A stretch of DNA of 64,000 nucleotides. Origin: Takakia lepidozioides. Lineage: Eukaryota; Plantae; Bryophyta. The DNA lies in the NCBI GenBank assembly GCA_030704615.1, contig CM060733.1, positions 32,798,001 through 32,862,000 on the forward strand. Reading direction: 5' to 3'. The notes under the pieces were generated by a model. It saw nothing but the letters and a program-made list of their open reading frames with translations. It made no database searches and was not told the origin of the DNA. The translations under genes were made by a program, and so were the position numbers. Position 1 is the first letter of the stretch. The number at the start of each line of letters is the position of its first letter. Below are positions 37,301 to 50,400 of the stretch, in pieces.

Positions 37301-38875
37301 TGGCAAGATACTTTGGCAGTGTTCGACGTGGATATCCAGTACAAACCGGGACGGGACAATGTGGTGGCCGATGCTTTAAGTAGAAAGCAGCAGCTCCTGT
37401 TGGTGTACAGGGGCGAGACGGCGCTCCAAAGGAAGATCCGGAAGGCTCGCCGGAAGGATGAGCTGGCGAAGTCCGTGATGCAGGACTTGAGGATGGGGGT
37501 TAAATCGCAGTTCCACTTGCAAAATGGACTGCTCCGGTATAAGCAAAAGCGTCTCTACGTGCCGAAGGGAGGGATCAGAGATATCCTCTTGAGAGAATGC
37601 CATGATAGCCCGCTTGCGGGCCACGGCGGAGCCAAGCGCACTGCGGCACTATTGAAGAAAGAATATTTCTGGCCCAAACTAAGGGAGGAGGCAGAGGAGT
37701 ATGTCAAGACATGCACCACATGCCAACAAAACCGGAGCGAGTACAAAAAGCAAGCGGGGCTGTTACAACCCTTGCCGATTCCAGAGGGGACTTGGGAAAG
37801 CGTCTTGATGGATTTCATGACTGCTATGCCGCTGTCAAAAGGATTCGATACAATCATGGTGGTGGTGGATAGGTTCAGTAAAATGGGCCATTTCATCCCC
37901 ACCAAGGAGACAACAACAGCGCAGGAAACATGACAACTTTACTTCGCCCACGTCTTAAAGCATCATGGAGTCCCGAAGGATATTGTCTCGGACCGCGATC
38001 CAAAGTTTACGAGTAAATTTTGGAGGGCACTTTGGAAGAAGATGGGGACGAGGCTAAAGATGAGCACCGCCTTCCGACCTACGACTGACGGCCAAACGGA
38101 AAGAGTGAATTCCGTAGTGAAGCAGATCTTGCGGAATTACGTGTCGGCAGACCAAACAGACTGGGTGGAACACTTAGATGCGACAAAGTTCTGTTATAAT
38201 AACACAGAACACTCCGCAACGGGAGTTTCCCCTTTCGTATTGGTCTATGGAAAAGCACCTCTGGTGCCGACAAGTTGGGCCGCCCAGGATGTTGAGGAAC
38301 CGGCAGTAGCGGCGGTACTGGAAGAACGCGAGCGTTTGTTGAAGCTCGCAAAGTACAACATTGCCAAAGCTAGGAAACGGTATGAAAGGCAGGCGAATCG
38401 GAAGCGGAGGGAAGTGAAGTTTGAGGCAGGCACGGAGGTCTGGTTGAACATCAAGAATTTCCGACTACCTCCGGAAGTGAGTCCAAAGTTCGTACCTCCG
38501 TATGTGGGACCCTTTCGCATCCGGAAGGTTATGAATGAGGATGTGTATGAATTGGAGCTGCCGGCAAACAGCAAGGTGCATCCAGTATTTCACGTCTCCC
38601 TTTTAAAGGATTACTTCAAAGATGAAGCGCGTCCGAATCGGCATCAAGTGTTGCGTCCGCCACCTGTGCTGTTGGATCATGAAAATGAACCTGAGTATGA
38701 GGTGGAGGCAGTACTTAAGTCGAGGAGGTTCAAGAACCGAGAAACGGAGTATCTCGTCAAATGGAAGGGCTATCATCATGTGGAGGCATCTTGGGTGCGT
38801 GCCTCAGAAATGGGAAACGCATCCGAGGCGGTTGCAGTTTTCGAAGGGCGACCTCAAAAACGAAAGAAGCGTTGA
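34354..38875 (+). pseudogene. gag-pol of Gypsy copy 2
   Basis: Gag with CFNCGEPGHMAKKC knuckle, then PR, RT (YIDD), RH, IN and chromodomain. In-frame stops at 35311, 35677, 35977, 36442, 36763 and 37931; frameshifting deletion in RNase H near 37221. Confidence 0.95.
34355..34366 (+). promoter_or_regulatory. Primer-binding site (initiator tRNA-Met)
   Basis: TGGTATCAGAGC two bases after the LTR. Confidence 0.92.
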
Positions 38876-40177
38876 TGGGGACATCAACCTTGGAGCATGG
38901 GGGAGGAAATGCATGCTTAGCCCGGCTTAGCTAGCTTAGGAATCCGATTGCAAAAACTTGTATTGTACAAAAATTTGTTATAAAAGAAATGGTTTCCAAA
39001 TGTTGTGCGTCCTATTTTGTTTGGAATGGTGATGCATGATATGGTTGGCTAGTGTGTAGAATGTATGCTAGCTTACAAAAGTGGGAGAGGTAAATTGGGT
39101 TAATCGTGTGTTTGCGCAGTGCCGAAATCGGGTGACTCCCATCCAAGGGGCAAGGAAACTTGCGCCTTCTTTAGGAGTTCACGTGCTAGTGCGCACATGG
39201 CGCGTGCGCATACTATAACTGCGCTATCGAGGGGGTTGCTTTGTAGTGTGGGCTAACGCGGAAGCTACGTGCTTCCGTTCACGTACTATAATCATGTAGC
39301 CTCGGGACGAAGTTGTAGTGCGGCTTCGGCGTGTTCCCGTACCTTAGGCCAGCATTCCAAGGCGGACCCAATTGTAGTGATTGGGGCGCGCGGTTGGTTC
39401 AAGGTTGTCTTCCTAGTCAAAGAGGGTTCGAGGTGAACCCTTGCTCAAGGTGATGCCAAAAGCGGCATCATGAGCGGTCGCAAGCAATGTTGTTGCAGTA
39501 AGGCGATTCGATCCTCGGGGAGGATCGTTCCTTGGCCTTGAAGTAGGCCAAGAAGAGTGCACTGGGAGGAGCTTGGGAGGCTCCACCCTTGGCCGGTACT
39601 TGGAGGAAGTCGGCCGCGGCACACACCCCTACCAACAGGGAGTCGATGTCCTCATCGGCTTGTCCATTTTGTGGAAACGAACATCCAAGTTGTGGCGTCC
39701 CACATCAAGGAGTTTGTTTCCGTACCATGGCGTCCCTGTGCCTTGAGGGCAGGGGGTCGGGACACAAGAGGGGCTGCCCCTGTGGTGGGGGCAGTGGCAG
39801 CGATAGGTATGGGGGGCTGAAGCACCCTTGAGTGCCCAAAGCACTCAAGGAGGCGGAGGCGCTCACTAGGTGGAGCCCCGCACACCGGGTTGCGGTGGGG
39901 GTGGCTCCACAAGGGGTGGTGGTAGCTTAGCGGGACTTAGTGGGGGTGGCATAGGACTCACCCTGGGGCGGAGACCTCATGGTGGGAGTCGTGGGGAGTC
40001 TTGGGACTCATCACGGTCCATAGGGGCCGTGGTGGGTTGGCCAAGACTCACCGCGACTCATCACCGAGAGTCGAGGGTGTTCGTGGTGGTTCGCCATAAA
40101 ATGGCATGGTTGTTTGTGAAACCCCCGCGGACAGCTACAGAAGTATATATAGGGAGTAGTAACCCCGAGAACGGTGC

Positions 40178-40795
40178 AAATACAAGAAAAGGGGGGTTAG
40201 CGACACGGCGTCGTGGGCGCCGCTAAAGCCCCCTTTTGGAGCAAGGGGGAGGGGCCCTTTTCGTTGCAACGACGTCGCTAGAATGTCGTCGCTATTTTTT
40301 CCGACGCATGGGGGACGCTAGAAAACGTGGTTTTTATTTTTATTTTTATTTTTAGGTGGTTTCCTTCTCTGCGATGCCGAATTAGCTACGTCCGGGGGTC
40401 GCCATCACACCTACAATACATCTATGTATCACAAAAGCAGTCTAAGTATATATATACATATCAAGATTTCTTTCAAGTTCATTCTAAGGGGGTCCCTCTG
40501 TGTCGCTGGGAAGTTACAACCTCCGCAACCTTAGTGCCCAGCGCGGGGCGCCCCCAACGACGTCCGACGTCGTAAAAAAATAAAACCCGTCGTAACCCCC
40601 CACGGCGACGCATCTTGCGACGGCCGGACGTCGTAGCGGGGGCCCTCTTTCCCCCCTTCATAGCCACCTTGCGACGGCTGGGCAATGGGGCCCGGCGTCA
40701 CAAAAAAAGGGCCGCGGGGGTGGCGTCGCAGGCCCAACGCCGCGCCTAGCGTGGGGACACGGCTGACATTGCTAACACCCCCTTTTCCTGTAGTG
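40178..40795. mobile_element. Non-autonomous CACTA element
   Basis: Right end GCTAACACCCCCTTTTCCTGTAGTG; left end TACAAGAAAAGGGGGGTTAGC (terminal CAC damaged); CGTCGC/GCGACG subterminal repeats. Confidence 0.8.
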
Positions 40796-41487
40796 AGAGT
40801 AGCAACAACAACATCAGCTCAAGGTGAATTCCTTGATGGAGGAGACGAAGGATCTTGAAGACATCCATCTCTTTTGGACAGGGCGGGATGTACAAAATGT
40901 TGCAGATGAAGTATTCAAATGGAGTTGTGGCAAACAATCAACAAGTGATGGAGATGGATTACAGACCTAGAAAAAACGAGGAAGAGTACAAGAATTTGTC
41001 CAAGCGCATGATCAAGGCAGAAACAATGCAGCCCATTTTGAAACTATAGAGGCGCTGGACATCGCCGTGAAAGCGTGCTAGAACATGCTTAGGAGGTTTC
41101 CCCTCCTCCGAACAACCCACCCCGAGCAAGCCGAAGTTCTTGACAATTATATGCTTTTGAAGAAGGCATGCAAGGATCACTTCAAATAAGATGCTGCTGT
41201 TGAGAAGATGAAGAAGGTGAAAGAAAATGTAATTCTGTGATTCTGGACTTGCAGTGGAGATTCAAATTTTGTAGTGGTGTAGTTTTTATGGAGTCTTGTA
41301 AAACTCTAATTCTACTACATTATACGGTTGAGATTTAGTTATTGTAGAGAGATGTAGAATGTAGTAGTATTAGTATTGAGGTGCATCATCCGTGCGGGCC
41401 ATATGCCATACTTTGACACAACGCCTTTAGGACGAACATGCCCCTTGCATGTTTAACACTAGACCACACATTTCCATTGGGGTGTTA

Positions 41488-41955
41488 GGGCCGGGTTCTA
41501 TGGGCACTCCCAAGCGGCCCCCCCAAAGGGGCACCCCCAGGAAGGAATCGCCCCTTAAAAATGAGAGGGGGTGGTTTCTATGGACACCTTTCCATTCACC
41601 CCTCTAGAAGTCTTTGGCACCAATTGTTGTGGGCCCATGACATACTAAATGGCCCATTAATATAGGTTTTGGATGAAATGTCAAAAATCATTCCCTCTCT
41701 TAAAATCTAACTTAGTTTGGATGGAAACAAATAATTTTTGGTAAGGCTGCGGGCCCGCTGTAGGAAAAGACAAAGCTCTTAGTTAGGGGAGCCCCCAAAT
41801 CTGTCTGCCCCTTGTGAAGGTGCGGCTTTTTTGAGCCCCTTAGCAAGGGGCAGATCCGTGGGGGCACCCCTTAAGGAATATCCTATTTCGTCCAATAGCG
41901 CCTCCTCAATCCTGGGGGCAATTCATGGGGGGCGCTTGCAGCATGGAACCGGCTC
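41488..41955. mobile_element. Tourist/PIF-Harbinger-like MITE
   Basis: TIR GGGCCGGGTTCTATG / CATGGAACCGGCTC with TTA on both flanks. Confidence 0.7.
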
Positions 41956-42083
41956 TTACTTCCTTGTCTTTTTAGTGTGTGCAGCTTAACTGATTCCTAC
42001 CTTAAGCCCTCATATGGCAAGCTCAATGGAGTAAGTGAATCTTAGCTCATTTTCAGGAAGCTATATTATGGAAGGTAGCATTC

Positions 42084-42407
42084 GAGAGGAGCCCCTGCTA
42101 CCGGATATAGCAGGGGGCCACCTACCGAGCCCTGTTAGTGGCGAGATGTCATGGCGACCTGCTATATCCGATAGCAGGGGCTCCTCTCCAGCGCTACCGG
42201 ACATAACCTGTTTTTAGGGCAGCGAGCCAGTCAGTTTACCCTTGTACTTACCTACCACCACCGGATATAGCAGGGAGCCAAGACCTTCGAATCTAGCCGC
42301 GTAGGTAGTTAAAATCTAGTAGGTCGTAGAATACCACATATAGCGCCCCTCCTCAAATCCAGTAGAAACACGCCACGTCAACGAGTCTGCTCTAAAAATC
42401 GGTTATG
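42084..42407. repeat. Fold-back copy of the 23139-23430 repeat family
   Basis: GGAGCCCCTGCTACCGGATATAGCAGG is followed by its inverted copy; the remainder matches 23139-23400. Confidence 0.8.
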
Positions 42408-42466
42408 TATTTGCAGAATGGCATTTACACGTGCCCACATTCATAGTGACTATGTAACCATGTACC

Positions 42467-45400
42467 TCTGCCACAGCTGCCATTTCTTTAGGCCTGGTAA
42501 AGGAATCACCATCAGAGTTCTTGATAGAACTAAGTAGAGTGGCTTCACGCCGCTGCCTGGTCTTGTGGAAGAAGTAGGCCGACATTTTTTCACCTTTCAA
42601 AGACCAATTGACACCCGCTCGAACTCTCATGAAGTTCAGCCTTTCTGCCTCCAGAGTGGCCAGATTGCGTTTAGCTTCCAAATACGATTCCGTGGTCACA
42701 GGGTTGGTGCTGCCATTTGCCAGTCTGTACTGATAGTGCCTCAAACATTTCAGGAGAGCTTAACCAGCGGCAGATGTTGTCCATTCTTGTTGCAACTTCT
42801 TCAAGCAGTCAGGGTCTTTCAAGATGGAAGGATTTAATCTGAAATAGCCTCGGCCTCTTGCATGAGCACCTGGAGGACACAGATTGACCGCCACCGCTGC
42901 ATGGTCGAAATCTGGGAGAATAGGTCCCAAGGGTTGACAACTGGCCCAGGCAAGGGGAACAATAGAACAATAAATCCTGTCCAAGCGCGCCATTCTCAAG
43001 TCTGGAGGTTGTCTCATGTTGGACCAGGTAAACTTCAAACCATTACCAATCTCAGATAGGGAGTCAACAAATCCAACCGAAAAGCATAACATATCTCAGG
43101 CAACCTGTTCCGAATCAGAAAGGAGCTGCGAAGAGTGTATCAAGCGGTCATTATAGTTGTCAACAATGTTGAAGTCTCCGGCTATAACCCAATTTTGAAT
43201 GTGAGGAAGCTGCAGAATCTTGCTTTGAATGGTGTCCCACAAGGCTGCACGCTCCAAGGAGGAATTGGACGCATAGATATTTAGAAAGGCAGTCTGCCGG
43301 AAGGAAGAAGCAGAGCTGGTGATGGCACATTGAACCCTACCCTGCACCCAATTTTGAACCTCTTCAATTGACGAGGAGATTGCTGGAGAAGCCAGGATAG
43401 CGGTTCCTCCACGAGAAGAGGAAACAGTCGGGTTCCACCAGGCTGCAGACGATGGCCAGAAGGTATTGCCAATAGATGCAATTTTGGAGTCATCCAGCTT
43501 GGTTTCTTGGAGGAAGATAAGAGCGGATGAAGACTGAAGTGAGGTTGCCCAAAGTTTCACTTTTCTTCTTTTTGGCATAGAGGCCTCCGAGCCCAATATC
43601 AACCCTGTCAAGGGTTCTAAAGTATGGCAATCCATTTGGTTGGCTTGGTGCATGTTGAGACCTTATCTATTTCAAAGACAGCCTACCTCCATGTTCGAAG
43701 TTTTGAGACAACCGCCGTCTGGTAATTTCAACCGAGATTCTGAGTCTCTGGTTAAATGTACAAGTCGTTGGGCTTACTGGGAATCTGTGGGGCTGTCGCA
43801 TATGCTGCATTTTTGGGACATGGATACAGCCTCCATCATCTCCCCTGCTGCAGCGGCACAAGGCTTTTCGAAGCAAAGAATTGCCAAAAGATGGGAGATA
43901 GTGATGGGCAGCCTGCCACCCCTCTGGAATGAATTGCTTTCGCAACCTGATAGCCTCCCTCTACCTATGTGGCTTGGTTATGCTGATGGCTCTAGACATA
44001 AGGCCTTCTTCGCAACCATGAGAAATTCTAGTTCCATTGCAGGAATTGGTTTTCATGTGCAGTAAGACGGTATCTTATTACACCCTAGACCCATTTCGCT
44101 GCCTGCCAGTTATGACTTCTATGCAATAAGAGTTGTTTGCTCTATTACTGGTGACTCCAATCCTTTTCCTCCTCTGAATCTCCAACACTACAGAGGCTCT
44201 TTCTTCTGGTTCCTTTCTGCACCTGTGAAACTTTTGCAGTTTGATCCAGCTGAGTGGCGTTGGATGAGCAAAAAGCAAGACCACTTCTTTGCTTATACTG
44301 TCAAGATGGGATATTCCCTGCTGGTGCCGAATCAATCCTTTGACAGGAAATGGCTAAAGAAATGGGCTCACATTGCAGGCCAGCAGATTCCCTGGAAGCT
44401 GGTGTGGGCAGATATCTGGAAGAAACATAGACCTTCAAAGATATCAGGCCTTCTTTGGAAAATTGTAAACAGGATTGTACCTATTGGTGCCTCTCTCTCT
44501 GATCCACCTGCTATATGTGAAGTATATAACCAGAACAGCATAGAGGACATTGAGCACTGCTTTGTGCTTTGTCCCTTTGCGCTGGCTGCCTGGTCTCGGG
44601 CCCTTATTTTATACTCTTACTGGAAATCTAATCTTGCCCCCTCTATTGCTGCATTGCTTCTCAATATTAAAGAGGGTAGTCAGTTTTGCTCTTGCCCTGT
44701 TTGGGAATCCTTGAGAGGTATTATGCTATGGCAGATTTGGAAATCTAGATGCTCGGTTGTTTTCCAGAAAACAATGCCCTGTTTGCAGAAGGTTCTTTTC
44801 ATGGCTCACTCAGACATGTTGTCTGAGGGCCGTAAGTCTTGGCTGCTTGTGGTGACACCTCTTCCCAAATGTGGGAACAGGAGGAGAACCAAGCTCCTCT
44901 CTGCATTCGACAAATCCTGGGGGAAAGACGGGGTGTTCTGCAGGAGAGTTTCAGACTCGAGAGTCATCTGGGAAGAAGGTCTCCCATCCTGTTGGCAGCT
45001 CACTTAGTACAAAGACTTCACCCTTGGAAGCGGAGGAAGCTGAAGTGAACTGGAGGCATCTTAAGTGTGGTCTTAGAAAGGGCAAATCAAAAGCCCAGCT
45101 TTCTTTTGATGGACCAAAAAGGAAAAGAGGCAACTCCTAATTAGTGCCTTAGTCGGCTGTTGATGGATCTTTGGATCCCCCTGTCTCTATTTCCTTGTAT
45201 CGTTTATGGTAGCCTTAGGATTACATGGTTCCTTGGAACTTTTGTTTCAGGCTATTTGATTGCTTAGGTTTAGTATAGTTCGGATGGACTTGCTGAACGC
45301 TGGCTCTCTGGAAGCTTTTAATTAGGTTGTTTCCCTGTAGCCTCCCTTCTGGCTTTCAGGTTAGTGCTTGGATCTTTGAGGTGACTCTACTCTGTTTCCC

Positions 45401-45552
45401 TCTCTCCGCCCCCCTCCCTTGCTGATTCCTGGTTTGGAGCGATGCCTCATTAATCTTCCTTATGGCTCTTTGTAAGGTTATTTTTTCCTTACCTTTCAAT
45501 AAAATTTATCGGGGCTACAATCCCCCTGTTAACTTCACTATAAAAAAAAAAA
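42467..45552 (+). mobile_element. L1-like LINE insertion with inverted 5' segment and no RT domain
   Basis: APE endonuclease on minus, 42467 to about 43585 (FLQETK, GDFN, RLDRIY, DH); zf-RVT C-terminus on plus to 45007; AATAAA at about 45498; A11 tail; imperfect TSD ACTATGTAA(A)CC. Confidence 0.88.
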
Positions 45553-45747
45553 CTATGTAAACCGTTTACCCTTGAGTTAAAAATAAATAAATAAAAATAA
45601 CAGGGGATGGAGGCCCTTGAGTTGAACCCTTGAGATTGTTAAATGATGAATGAATTTTGGATTATCTCTAGTTTGGAAGCATAGTTCCTGTGAGATAATG
45701 ACTGTCACTGTAACCTATAATGAGATACAATCACTGTAACCTAGATA

Positions 45748-45912
45748 ATGACCGATGCAGCAGGACTCGTCGACTGTGCGTATACTAGGGACAAGGCAAC
45801 TGGTTTGGCTGCAGGAGCCATTCTACTCCTTCTGGTGGTTCAATTGTTCATCATGATCATCACTCGCTGTCTGTGTTGCGGAGGCCCCTACAGGTCTGGT
45901 TTTGCACGGACG
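45748..45912 (+). pseudogene. DUF1218-family gene fragment
   Basis: CAYTRDKATGLAAGAILLLLVVQLFIMIITRCLCCG matches the DUF1218 central segment; flanking exons not seen. Confidence 0.6.
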
Positions 45913-46647
45913 TTTTTGCAACAAAACACAAGGGTTCAGAACTAATTTCATCTCTCAAGTATGTCCTCTTCAAGACCCACATTGTGCATCACTAAGTCAT
46001 ACTTCCAGAGTGGATTCTCTTCTCTCGAGCTAGCCACACAGATTGGGTTACCGAGACCAACGTCATTTTCAATCAAGGTCACAAAACACATTGCAACCAA
46101 GAAACCCCTGTGAAATCAGGATTTTACTAGTAGTTGATCTGTTCATTTCTTCAATGCCTCTGGGCCTCACAGCTTTGTGAGAGGATGGCTCCTTTCAGCA
46201 CCGTTGACTGTCTGTCCATTAGGACTTAGCACCACAACTCGTACCTCTGCATGAGTATTGCGATTTCCTCCCTTAATTAACGACTTAACTGAAGCTGAGT
46301 TGCTTCACAGGGCCTCTTCCAGGCAGGTGGTAATGGCCACAGGCCAGCAATCATACACAGTTTGGTCTAATTAATCTGGAAATGCTCCGTTGCTTAGATT
46401 ACATAATCAAACTCGATTGTCGACAAATAATAGTAATGAGCTCACCACGACATATGGAGGCAATAGCATACCCACTCATATGGCAGATGAGTCCCAACTA
46501 TAAGAAGGTGGAAGTCGGACACACAGACGTGACAAACGAAAGAGAAGCAGAGGATGCTTTCGTGGGACAGAGGAAGAAGGAAACCATGAGAGTTCCAATT
46601 GAACTACAACGTGATGCAACATCCAATGCTGCTGCACATCGCCAATA

Positions 46648-47421
46648 TTACACATTGAAGGGAATGACCTTGCTAATAATCTCGTCACTTAGAGACTGGA
46701 CCTGCTTGTCGAGACTCTTAAGGGTATCCTCCTTCTGCTCCTCCAAATTGGCCAGTGATAGGGCAAGCTCCTTCTCAATGCGAGCCCTGGATTCCTGGAG
46801 CTTCTCATCCAGAGCAGCAGCAGTCTCCCTCTTTGTCTGATTCAGGGCAGCGGTTGTCTCTGCGCGGGCCGCCTTAATTATACCTTCTGCCTCTCGCTGG
46901 AGCTCCTTTATCTCCCCAGAGTTGTCTCGCACGCCCAAAAGCTTAGAGCGGATTGCCTCATCACGCGCGTCCATAACCTTGGCCACGGGCTTAAACCAGA
47001 TATTGTCGAGGGCGACCATGAGTAGCAGAAACTGTACTGCGATAATTGGAAGAGTGAGATTGAAATCGAAAATCTTACCTTTAGGCTCCTCTTCCGCAAG
47101 CGCTGGAAGCACCATGAGAGCATTCATAGCTACAAATGTGGCATTCCTCATCGCAGCACTCTGCGATGCGGAATCCACCAACTTCTTCATGGCTTGCTTG
47201 ATCGACCCCTCCAGCTCGGCCATGGAGGCCGACCCAAGCTTGGCCTCAACAGCCAGACGCGCTACTCTCTGCACATACGGCAATGCCGCAACCGACGCAA
47301 TCCTCTGCCCGGACAAGAAACACGAAGATTGCCCCACTCCCCTCACTGAGCTCGACAAAGGCTGCATGTGCGCAACAGAGGTCATCACCCCAGCAACTCT
47401 GTAACTTGCAAGAGCTGCCAT
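46648..47421 (-). CDS. atpG: Chloroplast ATP synthase CF0 subunit II (b'), nuclear-encoded
   Basis: ATG at 47421, bipartite transit peptide ending ALA, then IFDFNLTLPIIAVQFLLLMVALDNIWFKP and a coiled coil; intact and intronless. Confidence 0.95.
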   Translation of the reverse strand: MAALASYRVAGVMTSVAHMQPLSSSVRGVGQSSCFLSGQRIASVAALPYVQRVARLAVEAKLGSASMAELEGSIKQAMKKLVDSASQSAAMRNATFVAMNALMVLPALAEEEPKGKIFDFNLTLPIIAVQFLLLMVALDNIWFKPVAKVMDARDEAIRSKLLGVRDNSGEIKELQREAEGIIKAARAETTAALNQTKRETAAALDEKLQESRARIEKELALSLANLEEQKEDTLKSLDKQVQSLSDEIISKVIPFNV

Positions 47422-50400
47422 CTCTCCTCCTCCTTCAGAATCCCTGGAACCCACAAATCCTCCGAAGCCTCCAACACCAATCAAGCACAGCCGAGCTGAG
47501 ATTGGATGAATTTGCCAAGACCCAAGTAGAGGGAGGATTCAAACCTCCTCAGGAATCGGACGAGAGACGATGGCGATGACGCGGGGTGCGAAGGGGTGGA
47601 GGGAGTGAAGCCTCATGTTCGCTATCCAAACATTTCACCACAGCGCAGCAGCTCTGCTCCTGCCCCTCCGATCCGCCATCCCTTTCTGCCCATCCTGTGG
47701 CTGCCCACTTTTTTCTTTCCTTTGTATTTTCCTTTGAGAAAAGGGACTGGAGTCTGCTCTACGAGTTTTCCACTCGGAATCTGCTTGGACAAATGCCACG
47801 GTGGTTTCCCACATCAAGAGGGCCACATTTTGCTCATGCATGCTAGTTTCCGGATGCGTAAAGCACTGCTTGAGAATTCCCTTTAAATATAAGTAGTAAC
47901 ATCGTAACATCCCCTAGCAGACAACAATGCCTCATCTCATTCTAGCGACGACTGAAGGTCGGAGACTAGTTTAGCGTAGAGCAGGAATAGGGTGCCATAG
48001 TGCCACATCATCGTCGCCATGCCACGTCGTCATCGTCAGCCATGTCATCGTCGTCATTTTTGGGTGTCGGTTGTAACGGTCGCAGAGTCGGCAGCGATCA
48101 ATCATATGTTGGTTTGTCAGGACAAAGCATCCGTAGAAGAAGCTGGGAGCGTGGACCCTGCGGCAATTGCAAGATATCTTATGTATTTGTGGACCTCACT
48201 GATAGATGTCTTCATATGGATGCCAGATTGTCTCACGCATTGCTGAAGTCTACACCTCCCTCTTGTCTCGGGTTTGGAGTTATGACACCCCTACATGTAA
48301 ACAACTGAAAAGATGAGCCGAGTGTTAGGGATGACCACCTTTGCAGTTTGTAGTATGTGAACCGAATCAGGGTTCTTGCTTTTGTTCCATAATCAGCTCA
48401 TCACAAGGGCTGCCCTGCCATCTGCAATCAACTTTCTTCTCCACAGCGGCTGGCACCCTGGTTCTCAAAATTTCCGCAAACCCACAACTTTCATTTTTTG
48501 CTGGCACGGTAACCTGCTCAGAGACTCTCACTCCCAGGAGGCTTCCCCCAACAGTTAAAACCACCAATGGTCGGCTGCTTTTGTTAGCCATGGATAACCC
48601 AATTCCAGCTATTCCAACTACATTGTCAATTGGCACCCTTTGAGATATAAATTGCTCCCTAGGTTGCTGCATTGATTTCTGAGATTTGGAGGCATCTCAT
48701 TCTCTCTGATATGGGGTGGTTATCTGATTTGTGAATGCAGCGCATGCGCCTGATGGGAATTTCACCAGCCATAAGTAATCCCAACAGCCATAAGTAATCC
48801 CAACAGTCACCGACTAAAGAAAACCCGGAGGGGCCTCCAGGTGGGCAAGCAGTTCTAGTTTATCTGCACCAAAAGGGTGCTGGACTGAAATGTGGGGATA
48901 GATTTTCAAGTTGGTGAACACAGGTGCAAGACAATGTTCTTCATGTTCCTGAAGAAGGAAAGAGAGAAAGTGAGAGAATCTACTCATAGAAGTATGTTTG
49001 TGGTAACCTTCTGCCCATAGACCCCAGCGCCCCGCCTCACATAAGCATGGACTTGCTGTGTGTGAGCTGCCCATCTCTCTTAGACCCGTACGTGGAATGC
49101 CAGGCGAAAGTACTATGTATGTAGCAGTGGTATGGGCCATTGCTGCATGATCCACAGTGTTTTGAGGGTACATGTAGTAATTATTAACATTAGATATTAG
49201 TGGGCATCTGACACTTTACAGCTTCAGGTTTTGGTGCACACTATGTTTTTGGAGCATATAGGGTTTATGCAGGTGCCATTTTCTAAAGCATTGGGAAAGC
49301 AGACATGTTGAATTTTCTGGTAATCGGGTGCATTTTTGTCATTCAATTCCTGGATAACAGGGTCTTGAGCTGTGCTCAGTCGTTTATGAAGTTCTAGCGA
49401 AGTGGCTTCCTTTTTGTATTTCCAGGGATTTGAATGAACTTGAGCTTGTCTGAGAGGGAAGGATGTCCATAAAATTACCATAGCTCGTACCGGCAACTAG
49501 GAATTGAGGTAACTAGTGCATTGTGGCCGGGGATATCGACAGATTGTGTATTACAAGATGCATGAGCAGAGATCTTCTATGATCTTTATGCCAGACTGTG
49601 TTGCGAGTGTGCGAGTGACTTGATATGTCCCTTACTGTCATGTATTCACCCAGATACGTCTGCACTTCTTTAAAAATTATCCTCAGTTTATATCACTGTA
49701 AATACTTAATGATAATAGGCAGCAACAATGTTTGATGGAGCATTGGTTGTTTAAACTTTAATTTTAATTTTATGCAGACATCTTAGTTGTGCGGGAAGGT
49801 ACAGTAGAAGACAACATGCCAGCAACAATACATGTCCCTTGGATCTGTGGAATTTTGTAATGAAACAGAAGACCATCACTTGCGGAAAATCCTGTGGGGA
49901 GAGAAGATTTGTGCAGGTAGGACTCTGTTGGGGAGTGGGGTGACATGGATCCTGCATTTTCCATTTCAAGAGCAAGTGGTTGTTGATGGATTTGGCAATT
50001 ATGGCTTATTTTTTACATAGGTTGGTATCAGTCTTCTGTAATTATTTGCGAAGTATTTGGTTTTGATCTAATGTAACTGTGCTGGTCTCCAGTGATATTT
50101 GTGCCTAAATTGTTGGCAGTTGACAGTTGAACAGGACAATGTTGCCAGGAGTGGTGTGCTTCACTGGATGTAGTGCAACATACTTTTTGCAATTCCCTAG
50201 CCACCACCTAATCTTCTGCCATGTGAATCAATATTTGGAGTTTACATCTTGATGTCTTGTGCAGTACACCCGTCATGTCTAAGATGCCTGCCACTGATTC
50301 TTGTGAGTGGTGGCAAAAGTTCTGAAAGATGTATATGGGGTAGGTGACTTTACTTATGATTGCTCTTATTTGCCTGGTGCATGTTTGAAGTTTATGAGCA

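Larger units (their letters stand above)
33639..40179 (+). mobile_element. Ty3/Gypsy chromovirus copy 2, near full length, 3' LTR truncated
   Basis: 5' LTR 33639-34352, PBS, gag-pol-chromodomain, partial 3' LTR ending at about 40179. Confidence 0.97.

Noticed and set aside
40796-41240. Coding-like purine-rich stretch
   Set aside because: No recognisable motif in any frame.
47900-48335. Possible old solo LTR
   Set aside because: Ends are too degenerate and there is no TSD or second copy.
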